A stretch of DNA of 64,000 nucleotides from Candidatus Poribacteria bacterium (GTDB lineage: Bacteria; Poribacteria; WGA-4E; WGA-3G), in contig OZ240248.1 of NCBI GenBank assembly GCA_965198235.1, forward strand, positions 2,688,001-2,752,000, read 5' to 3'. Under the pieces are notes generated by a model, which ran no database searches, was not told the DNA's origin, and saw nothing but the letters and a program-made list of their open reading frames with translations. Positions 1 to 10,120 of this stretch are shown one piece after another. The position numbers were made by a program, and so were the translations under genes. The stretch's first letter is position 1. Each line of letters starts with the position of its first letter.

Positions 1-372
1 GGACGCTATCCGATACCCGATGGCGGCGGCACACACGGTGTCGAATATGACCACTACGATGAAGGACATCTGTGGGTCCAGACGCTTAAGAATCAGGTCA
101 CACATAAGGTCAGAATTTCGGACTGGTCTATCCAAAAGACGCTTCCGTTGCCTCATGGGCGTGGACACGGTATGGTTCGTGTTGAAGATGGACTTTGGTC
201 AACGCATACCTCTGACAGGGTCATCGTCAAACTTGATCTTGAAGATGGCACACCGCTTGATGTGATTGAGGTCCCTGAGGATTACCCTGAACCCCATGGA
301 CTCTCCATCTACGATGATGATTTTCTTTATTGTGATGCATCTTCGGGATGGGTAGCAAAGATTACATGGTAG
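1..372 (+). CDS. 5'-truncated beta-propeller-like protein (Vgb/glutamine cyclotransferase-like repeats)
   Basis: Frame 1 is open from base 1 (GRYPIPDGGGTHGVEYD...) to TAG at 372; repeated (T/G/P)HG-x-x-x-D/G-x-LW blades. Confidence 0.55.
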   Translation, partial: GRYPIPDGGGTHGVEYDHYDEGHLWVQTLKNQVTHKVRISDWSIQKTLPLPHGRGHGMVRVEDGLWSTHTSDRVIVKLDLEDGTPLDVIEVPEDYPEPHGLSIYDDDFLYCDASSGWVAKITW

Positions 373-574
373 TAGGGATAGGTCTTGTGCCTACCCGCAT
401 ACGCCGTTGTACCTCCTTTCATGTAGGGGCAGGTTTTGTGTCTACCCGCACATGCCGTATGCCGTCACAACTTAAAATGATGGCAGCCTGCAACAACGGC
501 GCAGGCGGTGGGTACCCAAAAATCGTTATTAAACCAACCCCTTCATTTAACGCCTTGCGAATTATTAAAAAAAG

Positions 575-1987
575 ATGATACACATTCCAATTCTACGCGC
601 CGGACGTTCTTACAGAAGTTTGAACACCGTCCGCGTGTCGCATATCAAAACGGGCGAGCCTTTGGTCGAGGTGAGCCAAGCCAACCGTGGATTGATAGCG
701 AAGGACCTCGTTGACATCGCTCTCCAAAGAGAGGTGCTTGGACAACGTTCTGTCGCCGAATTAATCTCCATCTGCAAGAAGGCAGCGCGCCTCTTCGCAA
801 CGGAGACGCTGCCACTTGACGGAACGGTTCAATCACCGACAGACTACATCCAACAGGTCTCCGGGACAACCGGCATGCCTGAAGTACTCTGTCAGCAGAA
901 TCTATTCAAGATTCAAGGGGTTTTGGAAAATATAGATACGGTTTTGGATGGACTCACCCGTGGCTTGGATTTACGAGTCCTTGACACCGGATGGGGAGTC
1001 CAAAACGGACGCACGTTGAGTTACGTCTGTGAAACAGATTCGCTGGGTGCCGTGTTACCGAGCAATTCGCCGGGCGTTCATTCGTTGTGGGTGCCTGCCA
1101 TCCCTTTGAAAGTACCACTCGTGCTGAAACCGGGACGCGAGGAGCCGTGGACTCCCTATCGAATTGCGCAAGCGTTTATCGCGGCAGATGCTCCCGCAGA
1201 AGCACTCAGTTTCTATCCGACCGATTACGCCGGTGCCAACGAAATCCTCGTCCGATGTGGGCGTTCTATGCTTTTCGGTGGCGGTTCAACCGTCGCACCG
1301 TGGGTGAACACACCTCGTGTCGAAATCCACGGACCCGGACGTAGCAAAATCATTGTCCATGAAGAGGAGCAGAACAATTGGGAACAGTACCTCGATCTCA
1401 TTGTGGAATCGGTTGCTAAAAACGGTGGAAGATCCTGCATTAACGCCTCTGGCGTGTGGGTAACGGCGCATGGACGTGAGATTGCCGAAGCATTGGCGGA
1501 ACGTTTGGCACATATTAAACCGAAACCACTGGATCATCCAGAGGCGGGAATCGCAGCGTGGGCGAACCCGAAGTCTGCACACGGTATCTCATCGCTAATC
1601 GACCGCCACCTCAAAGAGCCCGGCGCAACGGAGTTGACAACTGGGGACCGAGTCATCGAATTGGATGGATGTACCTTCCTCAGACCCACTGTTATCTGGT
1701 GTGAGGATGCAGAACATCCGTTAGCAAACATAGAATTCCCGTTCCCATTCGTGAGTGTTGTGGAAGTGCCATCGACGCAGTTAGTTGAGGCTATCGGCGC
1801 GACACTGGTTGCCACCGCGATTACGGAAGACGCAGTGCTCACACGAGATCTCATAGCGACGCCGCTCATTGATCGGCTGAATTTAGGCGCGATCCCGACG
1901 AATCAGATCTCTTGGGATAGTCCGCATGAGGGAAATCTGTTCGAGCACCTCTATAGGCAACGCGCATTCCAACGTAGCATTAAGTAG
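575..1987 (+). CDS. Aldehyde dehydrogenase family protein
   Basis: 470 aa; LPSNSP, LKPG, HGPGRS, catalytic-Cys motif NGGRSC, EFPFPF. Confidence 0.85.
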   Translation: MIHIPILRAGRSYRSLNTVRVSHIKTGEPLVEVSQANRGLIAKDLVDIALQREVLGQRSVAELISICKKAARLFATETLPLDGTVQSPTDYIQQVSGTTGMPEVLCQQNLFKIQGVLENIDTVLDGLTRGLDLRVLDTGWGVQNGRTLSYVCETDSLGAVLPSNSPGVHSLWVPAIPLKVPLVLKPGREEPWTPYRIAQAFIAADAPAEALSFYPTDYAGANEILVRCGRSMLFGGGSTVAPWVNTPRVEIHGPGRSKIIVHEEEQNNWEQYLDLIVESVAKNGGRSCINASGVWVTAHGREIAEALAERLAHIKPKPLDHPEAGIAAWANPKSAHGISSLIDRHLKEPGATELTTGDRVIELDGCTFLRPTVIWCEDAEHPLANIEFPFPFVSVVEVPSTQLVEAIGATLVATAITEDAVLTRDLIATPLIDRLNLGAIPTNQISWDSPHEGNLFEHLYRQRAFQRSIK

Positions 1988-2120
1988 GTTGGGTTGAACC
2001 AGTGAAACCCAACTCTATCGATATCAGCATTTGTTCTTCTATTCTTTAGTCCCGTAGGGACGGCATGTCTATAGAAATACGATGCCTCCCGCCTCTTCAG
2101 CCCCGTAGGGGCGGCATGTT
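1985..2120. repeat. REP-like cluster: GTAGGTTGGGTTGAAC...GAAACCCAAC and CCCGTAGGGGCGGCATGT families
   Basis: First family recurs near 14546-14646, 22220, 54046, 57110; second near 17069, 17119, 53920, 58782. Confidence 0.7.
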
Positions 2121-2214
2121 TATTTTTAAGTCGTTTTGCTTGCAGATTGGAGAAACAGTTCATCATGCTTTCTTCGACAGAAATTTTAAGGGTATTTCAC
2201 TTGGTATCGTAGTT

Positions 2215-2697
2215 ATGACGGATAACCCGAATGTCATTCTCATCTACGGTGACGACCTCGGACGCGGCATGCTGAGTTGCTATGGACAGCAACATTTCGA
2301 GACACCGAATATCGATCGCCTCGCAAACTACGATGTGATGCCAACTCTTGCTGACCTCATCGGCATGGAATTGCCGCAAGCCAAAGATGGTGTGTCGTTC
2401 TTACCGACTTTACTTGAACAGCCTGATGTTCAACAACACCGCGAGTGGGTTGTATATGCCTCTCGACTCGGTCCTGCCTTGATAACGACAGATGGTTGGA
2501 AACTACGGTATATCAATAGCACGGACAGTTTCCAATTATATCATCTCCCCCACGACTATCGCGAGGAGAACGACGTTTCATCGGATCATCCCGATCTTGT
2601 TGCCCAACTCAGCGGATGGATGCTCAATGCTTGTGACGGCAATTATCAAAATGGCACGCCGCAAGCACATTTCGCCGCGTATCCAGATAGCAATTAA
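2215..2697 (+). pseudogene. Arylsulfatase remnant with large in-frame internal deletion
   Basis: N-terminal [12 protein letters not shown]...TPNIDRLA is joined directly to C-terminal DVMPTLADL...DGVSFLP...GWKL...LYHL..D..E; no C/SxPxR motif. Confidence 0.75.
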
Positions 2698-2834
2698 CTC
2701 GGTTCTTCCAATTCCAACACATCACAAGACTTACGCGTTTCGCTGGCGAGGTTACAAACCTCGCCGGTAAAATACCTATAGGAAAAAGTTTATCGTTAAA
2801 TTGCGTAAACGCTAACATCAAAGAAGGATATTTT

Positions 2835-3923
2835 ATGCTTATTGTTGATGCTCATCTTGATCTGTCAATGAATGCGTTACAAGGCAACCGGGACTTGTTG
2901 AGTTCCGCCTATACAATTCGGACCCAAGAGGTAGGGATGCCCGGTAAAGGGCGTACTCAAGGCACTGTTGCTTTCCCGGAGATGCGTCAGGGACGGATTG
3001 CCCTAAGTTTCGTCACCCTGTTTGCTCGTTCAACCGGCAGACCTGCCCCCCATTTCGATTTTGCTTCATCTGTTCAAGCCTACGGCATCGCCCAAGGGCA
3101 ATTGGCTTACTATCACGCGTTAGCAGAAACAGGTCCCGTCCGCATCATCACGATGCCAGAAGACTTAGACAGCCACATCGCTGACTGGCGGGCATGGGAA
3201 AACGAAGTGACAACTGATCAAAGCGACCCCGATAATACGCCTCCCTTGGGATTTGTGATTAGTATGGAAGGTGCCGACCCGATTCTTCAACCCGATCAAT
3301 TAGAGGCTTGGGTTAATAATGGATTGCGTCTGATCGGGCTAACGCACTATGGCCCCGGACGCTACGCCGGTGGAACGGGCACAGAAATCGGATTGACTGA
3401 ACTCGGTCCACCCTTATTGGCTGAGATGGAACGTTTGGGTGTTATCCTTGACCTCACCCACTGCTCGGATCAGGCATTCTGGCAGTCATTGGAACACTAC
3501 AGTGGATTAGTCCTCGCCAGTCATAATAACTGTCGCGCATTGGTGCCGCATCAACGCCAATTCAGCGATGCGCAATTACGTGCGATTTTTGAGCGAGATG
3601 GGGTCATCGGTGCGGCTTTTGATGCATGGATGCTTCAACCGGGCTGGGTTGCTGGTGAAAGTCGCAACGATGGAGTTACCTTGAACACCGTCGTTGATCA
3701 TATTGATTATGTCTGTCAATTGGCAGGCAACAGTCGTCACGCCGCTATCGGCACGGACTTAGATGGCGGTTATGGACGTGAGCAGTCCCCCAGCGACTTG
3801 GATACCATCGCTGACCTGCAGAAGTTAACGGGGTTGTTGGAGGCGCGTGGCTATAGTGCCGATGACATCACCGCTATTATGCACGGCAACTGGATTCGGT
3901 TCTTACACGAGGCATGGGATTAG
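2835..3923 (+). CDS. Membrane dipeptidase (peptidase M19, amidohydrolase fold)
   Basis: DAHLD, SMEGAD, DLTH, ASHNN, HIDY, IGTDLDG motifs. Confidence 0.9.
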   Translation: MLIVDAHLDLSMNALQGNRDLLSSAYTIRTQEVGMPGKGRTQGTVAFPEMRQGRIALSFVTLFARSTGRPAPHFDFASSVQAYGIAQGQLAYYHALAETGPVRIITMPEDLDSHIADWRAWENEVTTDQSDPDNTPPLGFVISMEGADPILQPDQLEAWVNNGLRLIGLTHYGPGRYAGGTGTEIGLTELGPPLLAEMERLGVILDLTHCSDQAFWQSLEHYSGLVLASHNNCRALVPHQRQFSDAQLRAIFERDGVIGAAFDAWMLQPGWVAGESRNDGVTLNTVVDHIDYVCQLAGNSRHAAIGTDLDGGYGREQSPSDLDTIADLQKLTGLLEARGYSADDITAIMHGNWIRFLHEAWD

Positions 3924-3928
3924 AAAAA

Positions 3929-5263
3929 CTACTCCGTATACCCTGTCCTATCCGTATTACCACCATATTTCAGCGCATAAATCAGTAGATTTGACATAAA
4001 CCGATAGACATCCGTAGAACGTCGGAGTCGTAACATCGTGCGGCTCTCAATCTCTGCGGTTTCCATCGCACACATGTAATCCTTACGGTTATAAACCACC
4101 GCTAACCGATTGTCGATGGTAATCCCTTTCTGAAAACGGAACTGCGTTGGCTGCGCGTTGTTCTCGTTTCCCCAGAACACATCGCCACCTGTGGGGGGTT
4201 TCGGCAGGTCGTAATGGATGCTATACAACTCGTGTTCATGGGGAAGTATCTCAAGCGGATACTCTGGAAAAATCTCTTTGAGTTCATCGGCGACAATGTG
4301 TGCGAAAAGCCCATTGAAACCACAGTCATCGAAAAACAGCATCCCACCCTTTTCAACAATATACTTCCGAAGTGCTGCGCGTTCTGCGGGTGTGAAGCCT
4401 GTCTGCAGAGGACCATCTTTCGCAAGCCCGCGCCCGACGGTAATGTCTTTATCGTGTCCTGTCATAATGATGAGCGGGGCATCCATAATCTGGGGGTCGG
4501 TCAGCCGTAGCGCGCCGCCAGCGAAATTCATATCTGCCCGAATCGGGGTGTATTCCTCCAACCACTTGATGAGCGCAGGAATAGCGGTCGGATCCTGCCA
4601 CCAATCCGAAAGCGAATGTTTGAGTCGAATCAATCGAATGTGCCCGCGAATCTCGTTTCCTGTCCCTTCAAGGATACCGCCCAATTTCTTTTTCGGAACT
4701 TTTACAAGGTTCCGAAACGCAGTATCGAACCCATCTCCCAGACCGCTTGTGGGTAAGGATCCATCCAGAAATTCCGAAAGCCCTGTTTTAGTTGCACCGG
4801 TTCCTCTGCTCCTAACAGCAGAAGATGCACCTTTTTCAATTACAGGTGCCTCTTCTCCAGGAGCGACAGATGGATGTACGGATGAAGTGTTCGGTGTCTC
4901 ACTACTGGGCAGTGTGGGTGCTACCGCAACCTCCGTAGGATTCAGCATATCAGTTTCGATGTCTAACGGTGGCACTTGTCGCACAACCTCCGATTCGCTT
5001 CTCGAAAGTTGGCTTATCTGTGATGCCTGTGTCGGTATGCGAGCCGTAGAAGTTTCTGTTACAGGCGTGGTGTTCGTCGAGATAGGACGCCGGGTTGGTC
5101 GAATTTCCACATCTGTCCTTGCCGAATTAAGCGTAACGAATGTCGCCTCAAACGCGTCTTGGTTCAGTTCCCTTTGCCCTGAAAACAGCAACGCCGCAAT
5201 TATGACAAAGAGCAGATGCAACCCGATTGAAGCGATAACCGCGTAAAAGCGTCTCTGTTTCAT
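3929..5263 (-). CDS. DUF4159-like protein with N-terminal membrane anchor and P/S/T-rich linker
   Basis: N-terminal SIGLHLLF anchor; C-terminal WWQDPTA, MTGH, LRKYI..GGMLFFDDC, N-x-x-x-YAL. Confidence 0.75.
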   Translation of the reverse strand: MKQRRFYAVIASIGLHLLFVIIAALLFSGQRELNQDAFEATFVTLNSARTDVEIRPTRRPISTNTTPVTETSTARIPTQASQISQLSRSESEVVRQVPPLDIETDMLNPTEVAVAPTLPSSETPNTSSVHPSVAPGEEAPVIEKGASSAVRSRGTGATKTGLSEFLDGSLPTSGLGDGFDTAFRNLVKVPKKKLGGILEGTGNEIRGHIRLIRLKHSLSDWWQDPTAIPALIKWLEEYTPIRADMNFAGGALRLTDPQIMDAPLIIMTGHDKDITVGRGLAKDGPLQTGFTPAERAALRKYIVEKGGMLFFDDCGFNGLFAHIVADELKEIFPEYPLEILPHEHELYSIHYDLPKPPTGGDVFWGNENNAQPTQFRFQKGITIDNRLAVVYNRKDYMCAMETAEIESRTMLRLRRSTDVYRFMSNLLIYALKYGGNTDRTGYTE

Positions 5264-5271
5264 TGGTATCT

Positions 5272-5841
5272 TTAGAGATGCCGTTGAATTTGTTGATAAC
5301 TCTCTGCATCCAGGTCTCGGTAATCCGGAATATCGTATCGATTTCCTCGGACATCCGTCACAAAAAGTCGCGCAGGCGGCATCTGTTTGATGTTCTGATT
5401 CAACCCACGCACCGAGAAAGTCACACGACCCCGCTCCGTTTCAACTTCCCACTCATGGATGCCGAATTGTTCCTTCACCCGATAAATCTTCTGAATTGTC
5501 GGCGTAAAGTATCGTTTATCCAACTCTTCCTGCAGGATTTTGAGACTTTCCGGCGCGAGTTCGGATGGGTTCACGAGGATCCCAATTTCCGTATCCTCAT
5601 CCGCGGCAAGCGAGATATAAGTGTCGGGATTGCTGAGTGGCATAAGCCTTCGGATTACCACGCGCAGATGGCAGGCTTCATTCCGAATTTCAAGCCGCGC
5701 CGTTCCTACCTCTGAACGCGTGAGTGTAAGCTCAGTGGTGTCCAGGTAACGCGGCGTGAAGTCGTCTGATTCAGGGGGTATAGGCTTCGCTGTGGGTGCC
5801 GCAGCGAGAGTGGCTTGTTTCTCTGTGTTTTCGTTCTGCAT
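5272..5841 (-). CDS. DUF1854-like protein
   Basis: R-x-x-PLS-x-P, RYFTP.I, WEVETERG, DV.GNRY.I.D; start placed at MQNEN after GGAG RBS. Confidence 0.75.
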   Translation of the reverse strand: MQNENTEKQATLAAAPTAKPIPPESDDFTPRYLDTTELTLTRSEVGTARLEIRNEACHLRVVIRRLMPLSNPDTYISLAADEDTEIGILVNPSELAPESLKILQEELDKRYFTPTIQKIYRVKEQFGIHEWEVETERGRVTFSVRGLNQNIKQMPPARLFVTDVRGNRYDIPDYRDLDAESYQQIQRHL

Positions 5842-5843
5842 GT

Positions 5844-8165
5844 TTATCTCTCCACTGCTTGCGCTTCTGCGCGGACGTTGGCGGCTTCGCGCTGGGTTTC
5901 TACGAGTTTGTAATAGATACCCTGTTGCTCCATGAGTTCCCCGTGTGAACCACACTCAACGCCTTTTCCCTTTTCAATCACGAAAAGCCGATCGGCATTT
6001 CGGAGCGTAGAAAGCCGGTGGGCAATCGCGAACGTCGTCCGGTTCTGCACGAGCCTGTCGATCGCCTGTTGGATTTTCTTCTCAGTTTCCACATCCACAG
6101 ATGAGGTGGCTTCATCGAGAATCAGAATCCGCGGGTTGTGTAAAATCGCCCGTGCGATGGAGATACGTTGTCGTTCGCCGCCAGACAAGCGTCCGCCGCG
6201 TTCACCGACTTCCGTGTCGTAGCCGTCGGGGAACTTGATGATAAATTCGTGGGCGTTTGCCGCCTTCGCCGCTGTGATAATATCCTCCATAGTCGCATCG
6301 GGATGCGCGTAGGCGATGTTTTCGGCGATAGTCCCACTGAACAGATACGGCTCTTGTAACACGACCCCAATCTGTCGGCGCAAATCCTTGAGGTCAATCT
6401 GTTTGATGTTCTCGCCATCGATTTCTAAACGTCCAGCGTCCGGCGTATAGAACCGACAGATTAAATTGATGAGCGTCGATTTCCCCGCGCCCGAATGCCC
6501 AACGAGCCCAATCATCTCGCCGGGTTTCACATGGAGATTAATGTCCCGAAGCACCGGTTTATGCGAATCGTAACCGAACGTCATGTTGTGGAATTTGACT
6601 TCTCCCGTGATGTTCGGCATTGCTTTAAGGTTGCCATCATCCAACTGTTCCGGTTGTGAGTCGATGACCTCGAAAAGCCGTTCCGCCGCCGTCATCGAGC
6701 GGGAAGCCCAGTTAATCAGCGGGCTGATATAGCGTAACGGTTCGTAGAACATCATCAGGTATGCGTGGAAAGCCATCAAGGTACCGAACGTCATTGTCCC
6801 ACCGATAATGTTGAGACCGCCGACATACCAAACGATGAGAGAACCTAACTGGACGGCGAACATCAGAGGTGGGTAATAGGTTGCCCAAATCATCTCAGCG
6901 TGGGTTTCGTAGTCTCGGGCATCTACATTTGCCTCGCCGAACCGGTTGACTTCATTCCGTTGTTGTCCGAAAGCACGAACGACCCGAATACCGGATACCG
7001 AATCGTTGACGACATCGAACAATTTTGAGCGACGGCGCCACGCGCGGTGCCAAAGGCTTCGCACTTTTTTCCAGAACCAACCTGCTCCAAAGACGATTAT
7101 CGGAATCGGGATTAAGATGAAGCATGCCAGTTTCCAGTTCATCAAGAAAAGCACCCCTCCAATCCCGAAGAAGAGCAACAGTTCTACCGCGAGAAACGAG
7201 AGTCCCTCTAACATGAAGTCCTGGAGTCGTTCACTATCCTCTGTGATATGCGAGATGACCGTTCCGGTTTTCCGTTTGTCAAAAAATCGGATAGACAAGT
7301 TGTGTAAGTGCTGATAGACGTGCGCTCGGATATTCGCCGCGACGCGGAACGTCAGCCAAGCCCCCAAACGTAACCGAAAAATTGTGAAAATTTCACGGAC
7401 GATTTGTATCCCTAAGAGGGTGCCTACAGCAATGGACAAAGCTAACGCCGCCGATTGAATGTCGCGGAAAATATTTCCTAACCATGTTCTCGATGCTTCC
7501 GAGGCAGCAGTATCGACCTCACTCGGCATCAGGATATCGTCAATCAGGATACGAGAAAAATACGGCGGTGCTAAGGAGATAAGTGTTCCGACAATCACGA
7601 AGAGCATGAAGAGGATTGCCCTACCGCGATACGGTTGGATATAGGACAGAATCCGTAACATCACCTTGTGTTTTTTGGTACATGCCGGGCAAGGCGAAAA
7701 CTCATCTGGCAACGGTAAACCGCAGGACTGACAAAATTGCTCCTCCGGTTTGTAGTCCCATATTGGTGCCTCGTCCCGTTTTCCGGCACGGAACTCGATT
7801 TCGTCACCGATAAATCGAGCAACAAATCCGAACTTCGCCGCGCAGCCGTTGGAGTACCGAATGAGATCGATAGTGCCTTCTTCTGTTTCCAGGACCAGGA
7901 TTCCAGCATCCACGACGATCTCGGCACGGATGCCAAGCACACTCTTATATGGGATATAGTGAAGCACCTCACCCTCACCTGTTACGGTGAAGATCGCGGT
8001 GTCCGTTAGCACAAACCATTCTGTACCGTAACTACCTGCTGAACTTATATCACTTTGCACGGCAAATCGGATCTGTTCTGGACGGATATCTAATTTTTTC
8101 AGTGTTTCTTCAACTAAATTGGGTATCGGGTCAAGCGTACCCGTTGGCGTCTCTGCAGTTGCCAT
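5844..8165 (-). CDS. ABC transporter, fused permease/ATP-binding protein with N-terminal extension and Zn ribbon
   Basis: Walker A GHSGAGKS, LSGGERQR, ILDEATS, AHRLST; CQSC...CPAC. Confidence 0.92.
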   Translation of the reverse strand: MATAETPTGTLDPIPNLVEETLKKLDIRPEQIRFAVQSDISSAGSYGTEWFVLTDTAIFTVTGEGEVLHYIPYKSVLGIRAEIVVDAGILVLETEEGTIDLIRYSNGCAAKFGFVARFIGDEIEFRAGKRDEAPIWDYKPEEQFCQSCGLPLPDEFSPCPACTKKHKVMLRILSYIQPYRGRAILFMLFVIVGTLISLAPPYFSRILIDDILMPSEVDTAASEASRTWLGNIFRDIQSAALALSIAVGTLLGIQIVREIFTIFRLRLGAWLTFRVAANIRAHVYQHLHNLSIRFFDKRKTGTVISHITEDSERLQDFMLEGLSFLAVELLLFFGIGGVLFLMNWKLACFILIPIPIIVFGAGWFWKKVRSLWHRAWRRRSKLFDVVNDSVSGIRVVRAFGQQRNEVNRFGEANVDARDYETHAEMIWATYYPPLMFAVQLGSLIVWYVGGLNIIGGTMTFGTLMAFHAYLMMFYEPLRYISPLINWASRSMTAAERLFEVIDSQPEQLDDGNLKAMPNITGEVKFHNMTFGYDSHKPVLRDINLHVKPGEMIGLVGHSGAGKSTLINLICRFYTPDAGRLEIDGENIKQIDLKDLRRQIGVVLQEPYLFSGTIAENIAYAHPDATMEDIITAAKAANAHEFIIKFPDGYDTEVGERGGRLSGGERQRISIARAILHNPRILILDEATSSVDVETEKKIQQAIDRLVQNRTTFAIAHRLSTLRNADRLFVIEKGKGVECGSHGELMEQQGIYYKLVETQREAANVRAEAQAVER

Positions 8166-8187
8166 TCTTTACTTTATACCTCCGTCT

Positions 8188-8715
8188 TTACTTTCCAAGC
8201 GTGCGTTCGTCAGGATGCCTCCAAGGAACTTTGCGGTCTATAGACTTCCAACGTGTTGAATCGACGCGTTGGGCAACAAATATCTTCTGACCACACCTGC
8301 ACCAGAGGTCATGCACATGCCGGTTTGAGCAGGTCTTTTTCTCAATAAAGTCAACGCTTTCCTGGTGAACGCGATAGCCGCGTCTGCATGAATAACAGAC
8401 CAAGTACATGCGGTATATCTCCTCTATTTGCTCCATTTCCAAATACAGGTAACTCTTAATGTCGTGGCATTTGGCAGTTGCGCGCAAAAAAAGCAACCTA
8501 TATAAACGGTGTTCCGTTCTCTCGTTTCTTTTAACCCATTTCGACGAATACAATTCAGTTTTTAACCTATTAAATCTGAGTTCCTCTATAGACATGACTC
8601 TCCGCTGGAGAGCTTCAAAGGAATTCCTTTGAAGCACCCCTACAGGGTTCAGTCCCTGTTGAAATTGATCAAAAAACCGTTGTGAAACGAAGTGGAACAA
8701 CGCCCAGATTCCCAT
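8188..8715 (-). CDS. Hypothetical protein with Cys/His cluster (possible Zn finger)
   Basis: 175-aa ORF with CYSC...C..RH.H..WCRC; co-oriented with neighbours; start uncertain. Confidence 0.45.
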   Translation of the reverse strand: MGIWALFHFVSQRFFDQFQQGLNPVGVLQRNSFEALQRRVMSIEELRFNRLKTELYSSKWVKRNERTEHRLYRLLFLRATAKCHDIKSYLYLEMEQIEEIYRMYLVCYSCRRGYRVHQESVDFIEKKTCSNRHVHDLWCRCGQKIFVAQRVDSTRWKSIDRKVPWRHPDERTLGK

Positions 8716-8788
8716 AGTTAGAAAATCGTTTCACAGTGGTTTCTGGTGAGGTCGAATGCACACAGGGCAGTAACGCTTTAAGATCATC

Positions 8789-9907
8789 TTAAACGGCAAT
8801 GGAATGTTTCTCCAAAACTGCCTCGTCCAGTTCAACACCAAGTCCTGGCTTCGTTGACGGAATAATGTATCCATCTTCCCACTGCAAGGGCTCTTTGAGG
8901 ATATCAGCGTGGAAACCGTCCCATGTATGGATACCTTCCTGAATCAGGAAATTCGGGCTACAGACATCCAACTGGATATTCGCCGCACCTCCAATCGGAC
9001 CGCCGTACAAGTGCGGTGCGATCTGGGCGTAGTGCGCCTCGCCCATAGACGCAATCTTCTTCGCTTCAAGGATACCGCCTGTGATTGTCAAATCCATCTG
9101 CAGAATAGATGCTGCCTGTTGTTCCAGCAGATCTACGAATTCATATTTCGTCAACAATCGTTCGCCGGTGGCAATCGGGATGCTTGTTGATTGTGCGACG
9201 CGTGCCATCTCCTTGATATTTTCGGGGGGTAGCGGTTCCTCGAACCAGAGCGGGTCGTATGGCTCAACACGTTTCGCAAAACGGATTGCGCTGTTTGTAT
9301 TGAACTGTCCATGCGTGCCAATCAGAATATCACACCTATCGCCAACGGCATCGCGGATGCCTCGGATGACACTCTCTGCGTAGTCGAGCGTTTCCAACCT
9401 ATCCGCGGTGCTCGGATCGACTGGGTCAAACTTGACAGCAGTAAAGCCTTTTTCGACGTAAGAAAGCGCGAGTTCCCCTGTTTTTTCTGGAGAATCACCG
9501 CGTCGCCATTGCAACAGATACGAGTAGGCGCGCAGTTTCTCGTGGAACATACCCCCTAACAGATTGTAAATCGGCTGGTTCAGTGCCTTTCCGACGATGT
9601 CCCAACACGCCATCTCAATCGCACTCATCGCCGGACTCGTCAGGGGACCTGAATGCCGTACACACGGTCCCTCATAAAGGGTAGACCAGATCCTTTCAAT
9701 CCGAAATGGATCCACACCAATCAGGTAGCGTTCACCCCAGTCTTTAATCAGCTCAATGACGACATGGTTCAATTGCGTGTGATACGTACATTCACCTACG
9801 CCCTCAATCCCTTCGTCAGTCACCAATTTGACGAAAATCCAACGCCTTCCACCCCAGTGTGGCGGCGGCACATCAACGAGATAAGTTTTCACATCAACAA
9901 TCTTCAT
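8789..9907 (-). CDS. Mandelate racemase/muconate lactonizing enzyme family (enolase superfamily)
   Basis: SAIEMACWDI.GK, KFDP, WFEEP, ATGERL, PGLGVELD. Confidence 0.9.
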   Translation of the reverse strand: MKIVDVKTYLVDVPPPHWGGRRWIFVKLVTDEGIEGVGECTYHTQLNHVVIELIKDWGERYLIGVDPFRIERIWSTLYEGPCVRHSGPLTSPAMSAIEMACWDIVGKALNQPIYNLLGGMFHEKLRAYSYLLQWRRGDSPEKTGELALSYVEKGFTAVKFDPVDPSTADRLETLDYAESVIRGIRDAVGDRCDILIGTHGQFNTNSAIRFAKRVEPYDPLWFEEPLPPENIKEMARVAQSTSIPIATGERLLTKYEFVDLLEQQAASILQMDLTITGGILEAKKIASMGEAHYAQIAPHLYGGPIGGAANIQLDVCSPNFLIQEGIHTWDGFHADILKEPLQWEDGYIIPSTKPGLGVELDEAVLEKHSIAV

Positions 9908-10120
9908 TCTTTAAACTTTCCTTGTGGTTCGTTGAGAGTGAGTTTGTGGTTTGACACCCTTTCCGTAGAGCCGTCTTCCACTTCGTTTCAGACTACAATT
10001 TTGATGCTAATTTTAAGTTGGTCACTCGAAGACCGTCGCAAACACGATCCCGTGAATCCTGATCCATTTCGGGCGACAGTTTTCTACCGAATAGTAGAGA
10101 AGAATCGCAATCGGGAAACA

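Noticed and set aside
2065-2214. Upstream ORF-track extensions (also 14735-14944 and 53983-54074)
   Set aside because: They read through REP-like repeats; family motifs begin only at the downstream starts.
4218-5246. 342-aa plus-strand ORF
   Set aside because: Antisense shadow of the DUF4159-like gene; Ser-rich with no motifs.
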